From contig OZ360228.1 of NCBI GenBank assembly GCA_977017645.1, positions 116,188,001-116,252,000 on the forward strand: a stretch of DNA of 64,000 nucleotides, read 5' to 3'. Source of the stretch: Torpedo marmorata. Taxonomy: Eukaryota. Positions within the stretch are counted from its first letter, which is position 1. Each line of letters opens with the position of its first letter. The notes beneath the pieces are model-generated. The model worked only from the letters and a program-made list of their open reading frames with translations. It did not search any database and was not told the origin of the DNA. This document shows, in pieces, positions 1 through 13,293 of the stretch. The position numbers and the translations under genes were made by a program.

Positions 1-490
1 GACTGATGGTATTGTGAGATTTCATGAGAAGAGAAAATAAACATACAGGAAGGAAGATGGTTTGTTGGTCTTCATTGCAAGTGTGTTGGAATATAGAAAT
101 AAAAATGCTTTGCAAAGAGAATACAAACTTTTGATATTGCACCATTTTGAATACTGCTTGCAATTTTGGACTCAATATTTAAATAAGTGTATACTTTTTT
201 TTGTAGAATAGATTTGCTAGAGTAATTCTAGACATGAGAAAAGGCAGGTTAAATGTCCTCTACTTATTGGAGTTAAGTAGAATGAACAGAGATCTCAATT
301 AGACCTTTTTACACAAAGGGTGGTGAGCATATGGAATAGGCTGCTGAAGATAGTGGTTGAGGTAGATACTATTGCAATGTAGAAGAAAAAAATTAACGGA
401 TCCATGGATAGGATAGGTTTTGAGGGATTTGGAACAAAGACATGCAATTGGGACGAGTGTGGATGAGACATTTTAGTCAGCATGGACTGC
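1..490 (+). mobile_element. Degenerate CR1-type LINE 3' fragment
   Basis: Decayed similarity to the CR1 ORF2 C-terminus and 3' region seen at 37393-38206 (e.g. tttttacacaaagggtggtgagcatatggaat). No intact ORF. Confidence 0.6.
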
Positions 491-974
491 TTCCATTTAT
501 ATAAAGGTGTTAACGTAACAAAAACACCACATGCCGCTTTATGAATGTGTTATTAATCAATAAAAAAGTCATGCTCAGCCACATAAGGAGATGCTTATGA
601 TGATGGAAGGTCAAAAAGGTAAAGGTGCGTGGCATCCAAGGGAGAACAGCACAGAATGGTTATGGCACGGATAGAAACCATTACACACGTTGAATTCATA
701 CCACCTCTATGTAAGAGCAATTCAGATAATCCCACTCCTTCTCCCTTTGACCAAAACCCTGCAAATTCTTTTCTTCTAGATCCATTTGTTGTGGAAAATG
801 AAAAAGATAATGAGTTTATTTTCATACAAGTAAGTGCAATGTAGGGGGGCGTGGCGTGATGGCGTAGGGAGAAGACGCAGGATACACCTCTCCCAACAGA
901 TTAAATCAAGAAGCCCTTTTAATTAACTCTAAAAGTTTTTTAGAATACTCTTAAAAGTGTTATAAAGTAATACA

Positions 975-2340
975 ATGGCTACCAGAAAAAAAACCGAAAG
1001 AACAGAAGGCTAAGAAACCTTTAAAACAACTGCTCTTAGTACAAGAAGAAAAGAGGCCTACCTTGGCTTTGGATCCTGGGACTGTCCTGTCGATGAAGTC
1101 TAAGGCTCAACGGAGAAGACGGTCAGGTGAGTCGGCAGTGCCGACGCTAACTCCGCAGGGAGCTGCGGAAGATGGCGCCGACACCCGACGTAAAACTACA
1201 AAAAAAACTTTGGAGCCACTGCGCATGCGCGAGTCGTCAAAGATCGATGAGCTGCAACAACAAGCAGCTGGAGAAAGGATGACGTTTGTTAAGGCTCCCC
1301 AGGCTATGCTACAGACTGGGGAGCCAGAAATATCGTCAGACACTGAAGGAGAAAAGGATATTCAGCAGCTGGAAGAAGAGGACAGTGAGGAATATGATAC
1401 ATATTCAGAAGACACAGAAGATTTAAAGAAGGATATAGGGTTAGTAAAGAAAAGTCAACAAAATATTTTACAAGCCATTGCAAATTTAGAGAAAAGTGTA
1501 CACATAGAATTTAAAGCAGCTATTAATCAACTTGAACAAAGAATGCAGAATGAGTTTCAAGAGATAAAGCAAAGTATGAAGAAAATGGATGTTAGAGTCC
1601 AGAAGGTAGAAGATGAAATTGAAGATTGTAAAGAAAGAGTGGATAAAATGGATGATACTTTTACTGGTTGGGAAAAACAACGCGATCAATTAATACAGAA
1701 GATGGACCAGATGGAAAATCAAAGTCGGAGAAACAATGTTAAAATATTGGGACTGCCGGAAGGAACTGAGTCACAAGATATAACTCAATTTTTTCAGAAT
1801 TGGTTGGTGCAGATATTTAAACTTGACCAACCAATGGAATTGGAAAGAGCACACAGGATTGGAAGGAAAAATCAGGGTGATCAGAGACCACGTCCAGTTT
1901 TGATGAAGTGTCTCAGATATCAAGATAGAGAAAAAATTTTAAAAATGGCAATTCAAAAAGCACGAGATAATAAGGGCCCGATGGTGATAGAAGGAAGTAG
2001 AGTTCTCTTCTATCCTGACTTAAGTCCAATGGTGGTCAGGCAACGTAAAGAATTCAATCCCGTAAAGGCTATATTGTGGGAGAAAGGATATAAATTTTCG
2101 TTTAAGTATCCAGCAATTTTGAGGATTCAAGATGACGGTGATAAATTTTTATTGTTTATGGATCCTGAAAAGGCTCTTTCCCATGCAAATGATCTTCCAC
2201 GTCGGGCAAGAAGTTTCCAGTATATTCCTGAACAACAGGATCGGGAAAGCCAAGCAAGTCGCGGTGATATGCTACCTGGTGTGTCAAGAGAAAGTATCTT
2301 AGTTCAAGTTGAAGAAGAACAGGAAGATTCAGCTGTGTGA
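975..2340 (+). CDS. L1 ORF1p (coiled coil, RRM, CTD; Transposase_22-like) with one apparent frameshift near the start
   Basis: Motifs ENQSRRNNVKILGLPEG, ERAHR, RPRPVLMK and FYPDLS. The likely ATG at 975 (MATRKK) is out of frame with ORF 1063-2340 by one base in an A8 run. Confidence 0.9.
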
Positions 2341-2619
2341 GGAGTTGATTGAATATATGTTGGACAAATATATATCTGTTGGGGGGAGGTGGGTTTACGG
2401 ACACTTCTTCCGAACCTATCACCACCTTAGCGGCGAGAGCTGCTTCTCGAACAATGGAGGGGGGTAGCACTGGGAGTAGAAGACCAGTGTTTTTTATAGG
2501 GGAGTTTTTCTTTTTTTTACTTCTGTCTTTTATTCTAGTTGAGGAGGAAATGTATATACAGCAGAATAAGAGGGAAACGCTGGTGGATTTGATTGACAGG
2601 GAATGGTTATTATTTGATT

Positions 2620-5600
2620 ATGGGGGATTCTAGAAGTATAAATTTAGTAAGTATTAATATAAATGGGCTTAATAATCCAATTAAAAGAAAAAGAACTTTG
2701 GCATATATTAAAAAGTTGAAAGTAGATATAGCTTTTTTACAAGAAACTCATCTGACAGATATTGAACATCAAAAATTGAAAAGAGATTGGGTAGGTCATG
2801 TTATAGCTTCTTCATTTAATTCTAGAGCCAGAGGTGTAGCTATTTTAGTTAATAAAAAATTACCTTTTAAGATACAATCGATAGTGACTGATATGGCAGG
2901 AAGATATGTTTTGATATATTGTCAAATTTATTCAGAATTTTGGACTCTCATGAATTTATATGTGTCAAATCCAGATGATGAACAATTTATCCAAGATGTT
3001 TTTCTACATTTATCAGATGCTAAAGAAAATATTTTAATTGGTGGAGACTTTAATTGTTGTTTAAATCCAGTAATGGATAAAACTTCTAAGACATCTATTA
3101 GACCTAAAATAGTTAAAAAGATTATTAATTTGATGGACGATTTAAATTTGGTAGATATTTGGAGAAAATTGAATCCTAGAGAGAAAGATTACTCATTTTA
3201 TTCATTTAGACATAATTCATTTTCTAGGATAGATTTATTCTTATTATCTTCTCAAATTCAAGATAGAATAACACAAGTATCCTACAAAGCAAGAATAATT
3301 TCAGATCATTCACCTTTATTAATGACATGTATAATCCCGGAGAAGGAAAAAACTGTATATAATTGGAGATTTGACTCTTCTTTATTGAAAAGGAAGGATT
3401 TTTGTGAATATATGAGAAGAGAAATTCAGGAATTTTTAAGAACAAATAATAATTCGATTAATGATAAATTTATGATATGGGAAGCTTTGAAAGCTTATTT
3501 AAGAGGTTTAATAATAAGTTTTTCAGCAAAGATTAAGAAAGATTATTTGAAAGAAGAAGAAAAATGAGAGAGAGAGATTGAATTCATGGAAAAGGATTTA
3601 CAGAGAAATAAGTCAATTCTTAAGAGAAATCGTTTAGTTAGGAGGAAATTACATTATAATTTATTACAAACTCGTAAGACTGAAAAATTAATTGAAAGAA
3701 CGAAACAAAGATATTATGAATTAGGGGAAAAAGCTCATAAGGTTTTATCATGGCAATTAAAAAAAGAGCAAGTTTCTAAAATTATTAATGCTATAAGGAA
3801 GAGAAATACTGGGGAAATAACTTATAAGCCACAAGAAATAAATGAATCTTTTAAAGATTATTATCAGAATTTATATAGATCTGAGATCGATCATGATGAT
3901 ATGAAGATTAATAGATTTTTATCTAAAATTACTCTACCTAAATTGAGTGTTCAGAGTAAATATTCTTTGGACTTACCTTTTACGATGAGAGAAGTTACTG
4001 AGGCAATATCGACATTGAAAAGTGGTAAATCTCCGGGTGACGATGGGTTTCCAGTAGAATTTTATAAAGAATTTAAAGATTTATTGATACCTTTATTTAT
4101 GGAGGTATTGAATCAAGTTACTGAAACTCATTTATTACCGAAGACATTTTTAAACGCTATTATTACAGTTATACCAAAGAAAGATAGAGATGTGTTGAAA
4201 ACTGAGTCTTATAGGCCTATTTCATTATTAAATGTAGATTATAAAATAATGGCAAAAATTTTAGCAAATAGATTAGCTAAATATTTACCAAACTTGATAC
4301 ATTCAGATCAAGCTGGATTTATTAAGAATAGATATTCAAAAGATAATATAGCTAGATTGATAAGTTTGATTAATTTACATAAGAAGAAACAAGATTTACC
4401 ATTGGTGGTAACATTGGATGCAGAGAAGGCTTTTGATAGTTTAGAGTGGAATTTTTTATTTAAGGTTTTGGAAAAATTTGGTTTTGGAAATATTTTTATA
4501 AATTGGATTAAAACTATATACAAAGAACCTACAGCTAAAGTAGTTACAAATGGACAAATATCGCAAAAATTCTTATTATCAAGATCAACAAGACAGGGAT
4601 GCCCTCTGTCACCTGCTTTATTTGTTTTGGCAATAGAACCTTTAGCTGAATTGATTAGAGAAGATATAAATATAATGGGTATAAAAGTTGGTAGGGAAGA
4701 ACATAAGATTAGCTTGTATTAGCTTGTAAGATGATGTATTAATATATATGACAAAATCTGTCACATCACTTCAGCAATTGGCTACTATATTGATAGAATA
4801 TGGTGAGATATCTGGATATAAAATTAATTCAGATAAAAGTGAGATTTTGGCTTTATCTCAAGGGGATTATACTAGATGTAGAGAGGTTACGGAGTTTAAA
4901 TGGGCTAAAGAAAGTATTAAATATTTGGGAGTTAAAGTGGATACAAAGCTGGAAAATTTGTATAAATTAAACTATATACCTTTATTTATGAAAATAAAAA
5001 AAGATTTAGAACTTTGGAAAGACTTACCTATAACTTTGATGGGAAGAGTAAACTGTATTAAAATGAATGTTTTTCCAAGAATTCAATATCTTTTTCAATC
5101 GATTCCTTTTGGAATCCCAAATAAATTTTTTAAGGATTTAAAATTTGTTATTAGGAAATTTTTATGGAAAGGAAAGTTGGCAAGAGTAAGTATAGATAAA
5201 TTAACATGGAATTATGAGATGGGAGGATTGCAACTTCCTAATTTTCAGTATTATTACAAAGCAGCTCAATTAAAATTTATTAATGAATTTTTTGATTCAA
5301 CTAAATCTTCTGCTTGGATTAATATAGAATTGAATAATATAGGAGAAATACATAAAGAAGAGATTATTTATAAGTGGAATTCTAAATTGTTATTAGCTAA
5401 AAAGAAAAATTCACCAATTATTAAACATTTGTTGGAAATTTGGTCACAGGTAGATAAAGAGATAGGTCGGAAAGGATCAATTTATTTAAATACACCAATA
5501 TATCAAAATCTGCTTATACCATTTTCTATTGACAATCAGTTACTTAAATTATGGTTTCAAAAGGGAATTAAGACCTTAAAATATTGTTTTGAAGCTGGTA

Positions 5601-5791
5601 GATTCGTTACTTTTCAAAGGTTAAAAGAAAAATTTAATATATTAGATAATACAATATTAGTTTATTTTCAAGTTAAAGCCTTTTTGATTGAGATATTAGG
5701 GTATGAATTAGTAGCACCAAGACAAAATGAATTGGAATTGTTAATTACTAAAGTTAATATTAATAAGTTTATATCACAAATGTATAAATTA
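2620..5791 (+). pseudogene. Outer L1 ORF2, N-terminal part (APE endonuclease and RT), disrupted
   Basis: SININGLN, FLQETH, GGDFN, SRID and SDH endonuclease motifs, plus LDAEKAFD and TRQGCPLSP RT motifs. In-frame stop at 3565-3567. FADD motif destroyed and frameshifted at about 4708-4730. Confidence 0.93.
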
Positions 5792-8700
5792 AAAGTTAAA
5801 GAGAGAATGGGTGGGACATGTAGTAGCTTCATCTTTTAATTCTAAAGTGAGAGGTGTAGCGATTTTAGTTAATAAAAAATTACCATTTAAAATACAATCA
5901 GTAGTGACCGATATAGCTGGTAGATATGTTTTAGTACATTGTCAAATTTATTCAGAAACATGGACTTTTTTAAATCTATATGTTACAAATCCAGATGATG
6001 AACAATTTATTCAAGATACTTTTTTACATTTATCTGAGGCTAAGGAAAATATTTTAATTGGTGGAGATTTTAATTGTTGTCTTAATGCAAATATGGACAA
6101 ATCTACTAGAACATCTGTTAGACCTAAAATAGTTAAAAGAATTATTAATTTAATGGATGACCTGAATCTGGTAGATATCTGGAGGAAGTTAAATCCTAGA
6201 GAAAAAGATTATTCATTTTATTCTTTTAGACAAAATTCATTTTCAAGGATTGATTTGTTTTTGATATCTTCACAAGTTCAGGACAGAGTAACTCAAATAT
6301 CTTATAAAGCAAGAATAATCTCAGATCATTCACCTTTGTTAATGACATGTATAATTCCAGAGAAAGAAAAAACTGTATATAATTGGAGATTAGATTCTTC
6401 TTTATTAAATAGAAAAGACTTTTGTGAATATATAAGAAAAGAAATTCAGGAATTTTAAAGAATTAATAATAATTCAGTTAATGATAGATTTATAATTTGG
6501 GAATCTTTAAAAGCATATTTAAGAGGTTTCATAATAAGTTTCTCGGCAAAAATTAGAAAAGATTATTTGAAAGAAGAAGAAAAATTGGAAGGGGAGATTG
6601 AATTTATGGAAAAGGATTTTCAAAGAAATAAAACAATTTTTAAGAGACAACGTTTAATTAGGAAAAAACTGCATTATAATATATTACAAACACGAAAAAT
6701 AGAAAAATTAATTGGTAGAACAAAACAAAGATATTATGAATTGGGAGAAAGAGCACATAAAGTTCTAGCATGGCAATTAAAAAAAGAACAAGTTTCTAAA
6801 ACTATAAATGCTATAAGAAAAAAAAGTACTGGTGAAATAACCTATAAACCTCAAGAAATAAACGATTCCTTTAGAGAATATTATCAGAATTTATACACTT
6901 CACAGATTGATCAAGATGTTACAAAAATTGATAATTTTTTATCTAAAATTACATTGCCTAAATTAAATAATTTTAATAGAGATTTGTTAGATTTACCTAT
7001 TACAATGAGAGAAGTAGTTGAAGCTTTATCGACATTGAAAAGTGGTAAATCTCCTGGTGATGATGTATTTCCGATAGAGTTTTTTAAGAAGTTTAAAGAT
7101 TTACTGATACCTATATATATGGAAGTATTGACTCAAATAAAGGAAACTCATTTATTACCGAAAACATTTTTAAATGCTGTTATTACAGTTATACCAAAGA
7201 AAGATAGAGATGTATTAAAAACTGAGTCATACAGACCTATATCACTGTTGAATGTAGATTATAAATTAATGGCAAAAATTTTGACAAACAGATTAGCTAA
7301 GTTTTTACCGCTTTTAATACATTCAGATCAAGCAGGATTTATTAAAAATAGATATTCGAAGGATAATATAGCAAGATTAATAAGTTTAATTAATTTGCAA
7401 AAAAGGAAACAGGATTTACCGTTGGTGATAACATTAGATGCAGAAAAAGCATTTGATAGATTAGAATGGAATTTTTTATTTAAGGTTTTAGAGAAATATG
7501 GGTTTGGAAATACTTTTATAAATTGGATTAAGACTATATATAAGGAACCTACAGCTAGAGTAATTACAAATGGTCAGATATCATCTAAATTTTCCTTGAC
7601 GCGATCAACAAGACAAGGATGTCCTTTATCACCTGCTTTATTTGTATTGGCAATAGAACCGCTGGCTGAAATGATTAGGAAAGATATCAATATAAATGGG
7701 ATTAAAGTAGGTGCAGAAGAGCATAAAATTAGTTTATTTGCAGATGATGTATTAATATATATGACGAAATCTATTGGATCGCTTCAACAATTAGCTAAGA
7801 TACTGAGGGAGTATGGTGAGATATCTGGTTATAAAATAAATTCAGATAAGAGTGAAATAATGGCTTTATCTCAAGGAGATTATACTAAATGTAAAGAAGT
7901 TACAGGATTTAAATGGGCTAAAGAAGCAATTAAATATTTGGGAGTTAAAGTAGATACAAAATTGGAAAATTTATATAAATTAAATTATATACCTCTATTT
8001 CAGAAAATAAAGAAAGATTTGGAAAATTGGAAAGATTTACCTATAACCCTAATGGGAAGAGTGAATTGTATTAAAATGAATATCTTTCCAAGAGTTCAAT
8101 ACCTTTTTCAATCTATACCTTTTGGAATTCCTCAAAAATTTTTTAAAGATTTAAAAATCATTGTTAGAAAATTTTTATGGAAAGGAAAATTAGCAAGGGT
8201 AAGTATGGATAAATTAACTTGGGAATATGAGATGGGTGGATTACAACTCCCCAATTTTCAATATTATTATAAGGCAGCACAATTAAAGTTTATTAATGAA
8301 TTTTTTGATTTAACTAAATCTACTGCTTGGATTAATATAGAATTGAATAATATAGGGGAAAGATATAAGGAAGATATTATTTATAAATGGAATTCTAAAT
8401 TATTATTAGTTAAAAAGAAAAAATCACCGATTATTAAACATTTACTGGAAATCTGGACTCAGTTAGACAATGAGATAGGACGAAAAGGGTCATTATCTTT
8501 GAATATGCCATTGTATCAGAATTTATTGTTACCTTTTTCTATTGATAATCAATTTTTAAAACTATGGTTTCAAAAAGGAATTAAGAAGATTAAAGATTGT
8601 TTTGAGGCTGGAAGATTTGTTACATTCTCTAGGTTGAAAGAAAAATTTGGAATAATGGATAATACGATTTTGGCTTATTATCAGGTTAAAGGATTTTTAG

Positions 8701-9428
8701 TTGAGAAATTGGGGAATCAATTAATAACTCCTAGACAGGATGGATTAGAATTATTAATTACTAATGGAAATGTTAACAAATTTATATCACAAATGTATAG
8801 ATTACTTCAGAGAAAGATGCCTAAGGTAGGATTGCATAAATCAAGATTAAATTGGGAATCAGATTTAAATATTAGTATAGATGAAAAACATTGGAAAGAA
8901 TTATGTAAATTGAGTATGACCAAAATTATTAATGTTAGATATAGATTAGTACAATATAATTTTTTTCATCAATTATATTTAACACCTAAAAAATTAAAGA
9001 AATTTAATCCGGCACTATCAGATATGTGTTTTAGATGTAGGGATGAAATAGGTTCTTTTGTACAATGTACATGGTCATGTTTAAAAATTCAAAATTTTTG
9101 GTCTAAAGTTAAGGATTTTTTGGATAGAATTTTTAATATTACGGTTCCAATGGACCCTATGTTATTTTTATTTGGAGATATTAAAAAATTTAGTATTAGA
9201 AATAGATTGAATATGTATCAAATAGAATTTTTACGAATTGTTTTAGCGGTTTCAAAAAAATGTATCGCTATTACCTGGAAATCAGATTTAGATTTGAGTT
9301 TAGATAGATTACATGCAGAATTACGTTCTTGTATACCATTGGGAAAAATTACATATAATTTACGTGATAAATATCATTTCTTTTTGAAAATTTGGAGCCC
9401 ATATATGAGAATTATGGGTATGAATTAA
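5792..9428 (+). pseudogene. Inner L1 ORF2 (partial endonuclease, RT, Cys-rich C-terminus) with one nonsense codon
   Basis: ORFs 5811-6458 and 6567-9428 are in the same frame, separated by TAA at 6456-6458. Intact LFADD. C-terminal CFRC...W.C motif. Confidence 0.92.
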
Positions 9429-9756
9429 TTCTCTAGAAGTTGGTACCGCTGGCAAAAATAACCTCCAATATATAAATAGAATTAGCTTGTAATTTGTTTT
9501 CTCCTCACTTTAACTCTTTAATTCTTTATTATTCAACTCTTTTCTTTTTTTTTCTTTATAACTAACATTCTTTTTTTTTCTTCTTTTTTTTTAGAATAGT
9601 GTTGGGGGGGTTGGGGAGGGGAGGGTGGGAGGGGGGAGGTAATATATCACATGTATTTTAAATGGTATACTATTTTTGATTCATGTATTTTGTGATTTTA
9701 AAATTTAAATAAAATTATTAAAAAAAACAAAAAAAACCCAAAAAAAACAAAAAAAA
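5792..9756 (+). mobile_element. 5'-truncated L1 of a related subfamily nested in the outer L1 ORF2
   Basis: TSD acaaatgtataaatta at 5776-5791 and 9757-9772. Own 3'UTR and A/C-patterned tail at 9720-9756. The uninterrupted site is visible in another L1 copy near 63906-63930. Confidence 0.95.
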
Positions 9757-9772
9757 ACAAATGTATAAATTA

Positions 9773-10399
9773 TTTCAGAGAAAAATGTCTAAAGTAGGGT
9801 TACATAAATCTAGATTAAAATGGGAACTAGACTTAAATGTTAATATAGATGAAAATCATTGGAAAGACTTATGTAAATTAAGTATGACTAAAGTTATTAA
9901 TGTTAGATATAGATTAGTACAATATAATTTTTTTCATCAATTATATTTAACACCTAAAAAATTGAAGAAATTTAATCCAGCGTTATCAGATATGTGTTTT
10001 AGATGTTAAAGTTAAATAGGTTCTTTTGTTCATTGTACATGGTTATGTTCAAAAAGTCAAGATTTTTGGTTGAAAGTTAAGAATTTTTTAGAGAGAATTT
10101 TTAATGTTGGGTTTACAATGGATCCTATGTTATTTTTATTTGGAGATATTAAAAAATTTAGTATTAGAAATAGATTAAATATGTACCAAGTAGAATTTTT
10201 ACGTATAGTATTAGCAGTTTCGAAAAAGTGTATAGCTATTACTTTGAAGTCAGATGTGGATTTAAATTTAGAACGATGGCATGCAGAGTTACGTTCAAGT
10301 ATACCATTAGAAAAAATTACTTACAATTTGCGAAATAAATATCATTTTTTCTTGAAAATCTGGGGCCCATATATGAGAATTATGGGTTTAACAATTTAA
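9773..10399 (+). pseudogene. Outer L1 ORF2 C-terminus, resuming after the nested insertion
   Basis: Continues QMYKL/FQRKMSKVGLHKSRL across the TSD. In-frame stop at 10007-10009. Confidence 0.9.
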
Positions 10400-10681
10400 A
10401 TTCTCTAGATATCGGATCCACTGGCGAAAATAACCTCTATGGTAGAATTAGTTTGAAGTTTGTTGTCTCCTCACTCTATTTTTCTATCTTTCTTTTTTCT
10501 TTTTCTCTTTTACTATATTTTTTTTTAGAGTAGTGGGGATATAGGGGTTAGGGAGGGGAGGGTGGGAAGGGGGGGAGAAAATGTATATCACATGTATTTT
10601 TAAATATATGCATTTTATTTTATGTATTTTGTGATTTAAAAATTTAAATAAAATATTTTTATAAAAAGTAAGTGCAATGTA

Positions 10682-11610
10682 CATGTGCACCAAAATTCTT
10701 ATTTGCTGCAGCCAAACAGGTGTTCTGTAAATTACCATATGGAAAGGGATAATAAAATATTCTCTGATAGTGCAAGAAAAAATAAAGTGGTGTTTCAATC
10801 GTGCTGACAGGGCTCTTTGTGGTGCTGGAGTATTTCATGATGAAGGGTAATAAGAGGAGCTTTAAGAGCCTGATAGCTGTTGGAAAATAAACTGTTCCTG
10901 AACCTAGAAGTTATGGACATCAGGCTTCAGTACCTTCTTCCCGAAAATAGCAGCAAAAGGTTGTGGCCAGGTTGGTGGGGGTCCTATATGGTGTTGGCTG
11001 CCACCTTGATGTAGCGCCTCTCATTGATGTCTTCACTGGATGGGAGATCAGAGTCTGTGATGGACCTGGCTGTGTTTGCTAGTTTCTGCAGCCTTCTGCT
11101 TTCCTGGGGACCCGAATTACCAAACCAGGTTGTGATACAACCATCAGTATGCTTTCCACAGTACAGTTGTAAAGGTTTGATAGAGTATTTGGTGATATGT
11201 CAAACCTCCGAAGAATTCTTGGAAAGTAGAGCTGTTGAGGTGACTTTTTCATGGTTGCCATGATGTACTGGCTCCAGGTATGTGGATTCATAGGAACTTG
11301 AAGGCAACTAACCTTCTCTACCTGTGTACCATCAACGCGGACAGATCCCTCTGCCTCCCCTTCCTAAAATCCACAATAAGCTCCTAGGCCTTGGTGACAT
11401 CGGGAGCAAGATTGTTGTTCTGTCTCCATCCAACCAGATTCTCAATCTCCATCCTGTATTCTGATTCATCATTTGCAGTTATTCGGCCAACTACAGTGGC
11501 ATCAGCAGAAAATTTGGCTATGTAGTCATGTGTGCATAGGGAATAGAGCAGGGACTAAACACACAGCTTTAAGATGTCCCTGTGTTGATGGTCAGTGAGT
11601 CAATGCTGAC
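10682..11610 (-). mobile_element. Degenerate Rex1/Babar-like LINE 3' fragment (its extreme 3' end is at about 805-843)
   Basis: ILRRFDISPNTLSNLYNCTVESIL resembles the Rex1 C-terminal domain. The 3'UTR matches the copies at 51180-51256 and 60545-60618. Confidence 0.8.
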
Positions 11611-11669
11611 CATCAAAACAAAATTTGCAATTCAAAACTGGTTCAGGGTAGGGACGAGAGGTTAATAAT

Positions 11670-11730
11670 GTGATATACAGTATGATCTGATGTGATATGA
11701 TATATGATATGAAATGATATGATATGAAAT
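11670..11730. repeat. (GATAT)n-like microsatellite
   Basis: Imperfect gatat/gaaat pentamer run. Confidence 0.7.
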
Positions 11731-11987
11731 GGCAGCACAGTTAGTGTAGCGGTTAACGCAATGCTGTTACAGCGCCAGAAATTGGGACAAGGGTTTGAAT
11801 CCCACGCTGTCTGTAAGGAGTTTGTATGTTTTCCCCGTGTCTGCATGGGTTTTCCCCGGGGGCTCCGGTTTCCTCCCACCCTTCAAAACGTACCGGGAAT
11901 TGTAGGTTAATTGGGTGTAATTGGGCGGCATGGGTTCGTGGGCCGAAAGGGCCTGTTACCTACCGTGCTGTATATCTAAATTAAATT
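11731..11987 (+). mobile_element. tRNA-derived V-SINE (HE1-like)
   Basis: tRNA-like head with B-box-like ggtttgaatccc, V-domain ggagtttgtatgttttccccgtgtctgcatgggttt...ctccggtttcctcccac, and CR1-like tail gggccgaaagggcctgtt. Confidence 0.88.
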
Positions 11988-13293
11988 CAAAATATGTGTT
12001 TATCATCATATAAATAAGTACAATGTACAGATGCACTGAAGTTGTTATTTGCTCTAACCACATATTTATATAAGATACACTAACAACAATAGTATAACTT
12101 AAATCATCATAATACATCATGAGAGAAAAAGAGATAATAAATGTAAAAGGATAGATCTGGACTCTCTGTCTGCCTTATGGTAGACAAAAATCAAAGAATT
12201 TCATGTATGTTACATTTCTAAATGTAGTATTACGTGACAATAATGGAACCTTTACCTTTTACCTTTAAATAAATATTCACAGTTGCAGTTAGTACAAAAA
12301 AGGTTTCGGTTTCAAGAGTACAGACAGATCTTCGGTGGACCCTGAGTATTTTATGGTCAGGGTACTACAGGGAGGTTAAAGAGCCTGTTAGCTATTAGTT
12401 CTTGAAACTGGAGTTGCTGGACTTCAGGCTTCCGTACTTTCTGACTGAAGGTAGCAGTGCAAAGAGGTTGAGATCAGGCTGGCGACAATCCTTTATGATC
12501 GGAACTCATTTAGAATTGTCAAAGTCTTGGATGAGCACTTCAGCAGCAAATGAGCTGAACTCAAAGCATGTAATTTACACTGGCAATGTTGATCAGCAAA
12601 CTTAAAAGAGAATATCAAATTTTTTCATTCCGTTTGAGCTGTAAATTAAGCAGAAAGTCTTAGGCAAGAGATCTGCTTGAAGCTATAAAACTCAAAGAGA
12701 ATAAAATCAGAGTAGGCTAAATTAATACATATTCTTGAAGAGAAAAAACCAAATACAGTGTAATGGAACATATGTGCTAAATTATTTCCAGCAATTATTC
12801 TGCAAATGGAGAATAATACAAAACGCTTCATAGGTCAGGCAGCGTCTGTGGAAAGTGAAACAGGGTTACATCAGGATGCTCTTTATTGATTGCAGTATGG
12901 TATTCAACACCATCATCCCTCAAATCTCATAAGCAAACTCCAAAACCTGGGCCTCAGTACCCCACTGTGCAATTGGATCCTGGATTTCCTCACCTCCGGT
13001 CTACAATCAATTGGCAAGAACATCTCCTTTTCATCTCCATCAGCACCGGAGCTCCACAGAGTTGCATACTTAGACTCCTGCTCTACGTACTTTACACCCA
13101 TGACAGTGTGGCTCAGTAAGGCGACACCACCATTTACAAATTTGCTGATGATACAACTGTAGTGGGCTGTATATAAAGGGGTGATGAGTCAGCTTACACT
13201 AGGGAAATTGAAAATTGGATGAATGATGCACTAACAATAACCTCTCACTTAATGTCACTCAATGAGACCAAGGAGCTGAGTTTTTTTTAATTA

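Larger units (their letters stand above)
844..10665 (+). mobile_element. Full-length L1-clade LINE (5'UTR-ORF1-ORF2-3'UTR), interrupted by a second L1
   Basis: 16-bp TSD aagtaagtgcaatgta at 828-843 and 10666-10681. G-rich 5' start, ORF1, ORF2, AATAAA and short A tail. The flanks rejoin into the 3' UTR of a minus-strand Rex1-like LINE. Confidence 0.95.

Noticed and set aside
2593-10399. Single L1 with a duplicated ORF2, or an assembly duplication
   Set aside because: The copies are clearly diverged, and the inner one has its own tail and 16-bp TSD.
11731-11810. tRNA gene
   Set aside because: It is the tRNA-derived head of a SINE, continuing into the V-domain and repeated in several copies.
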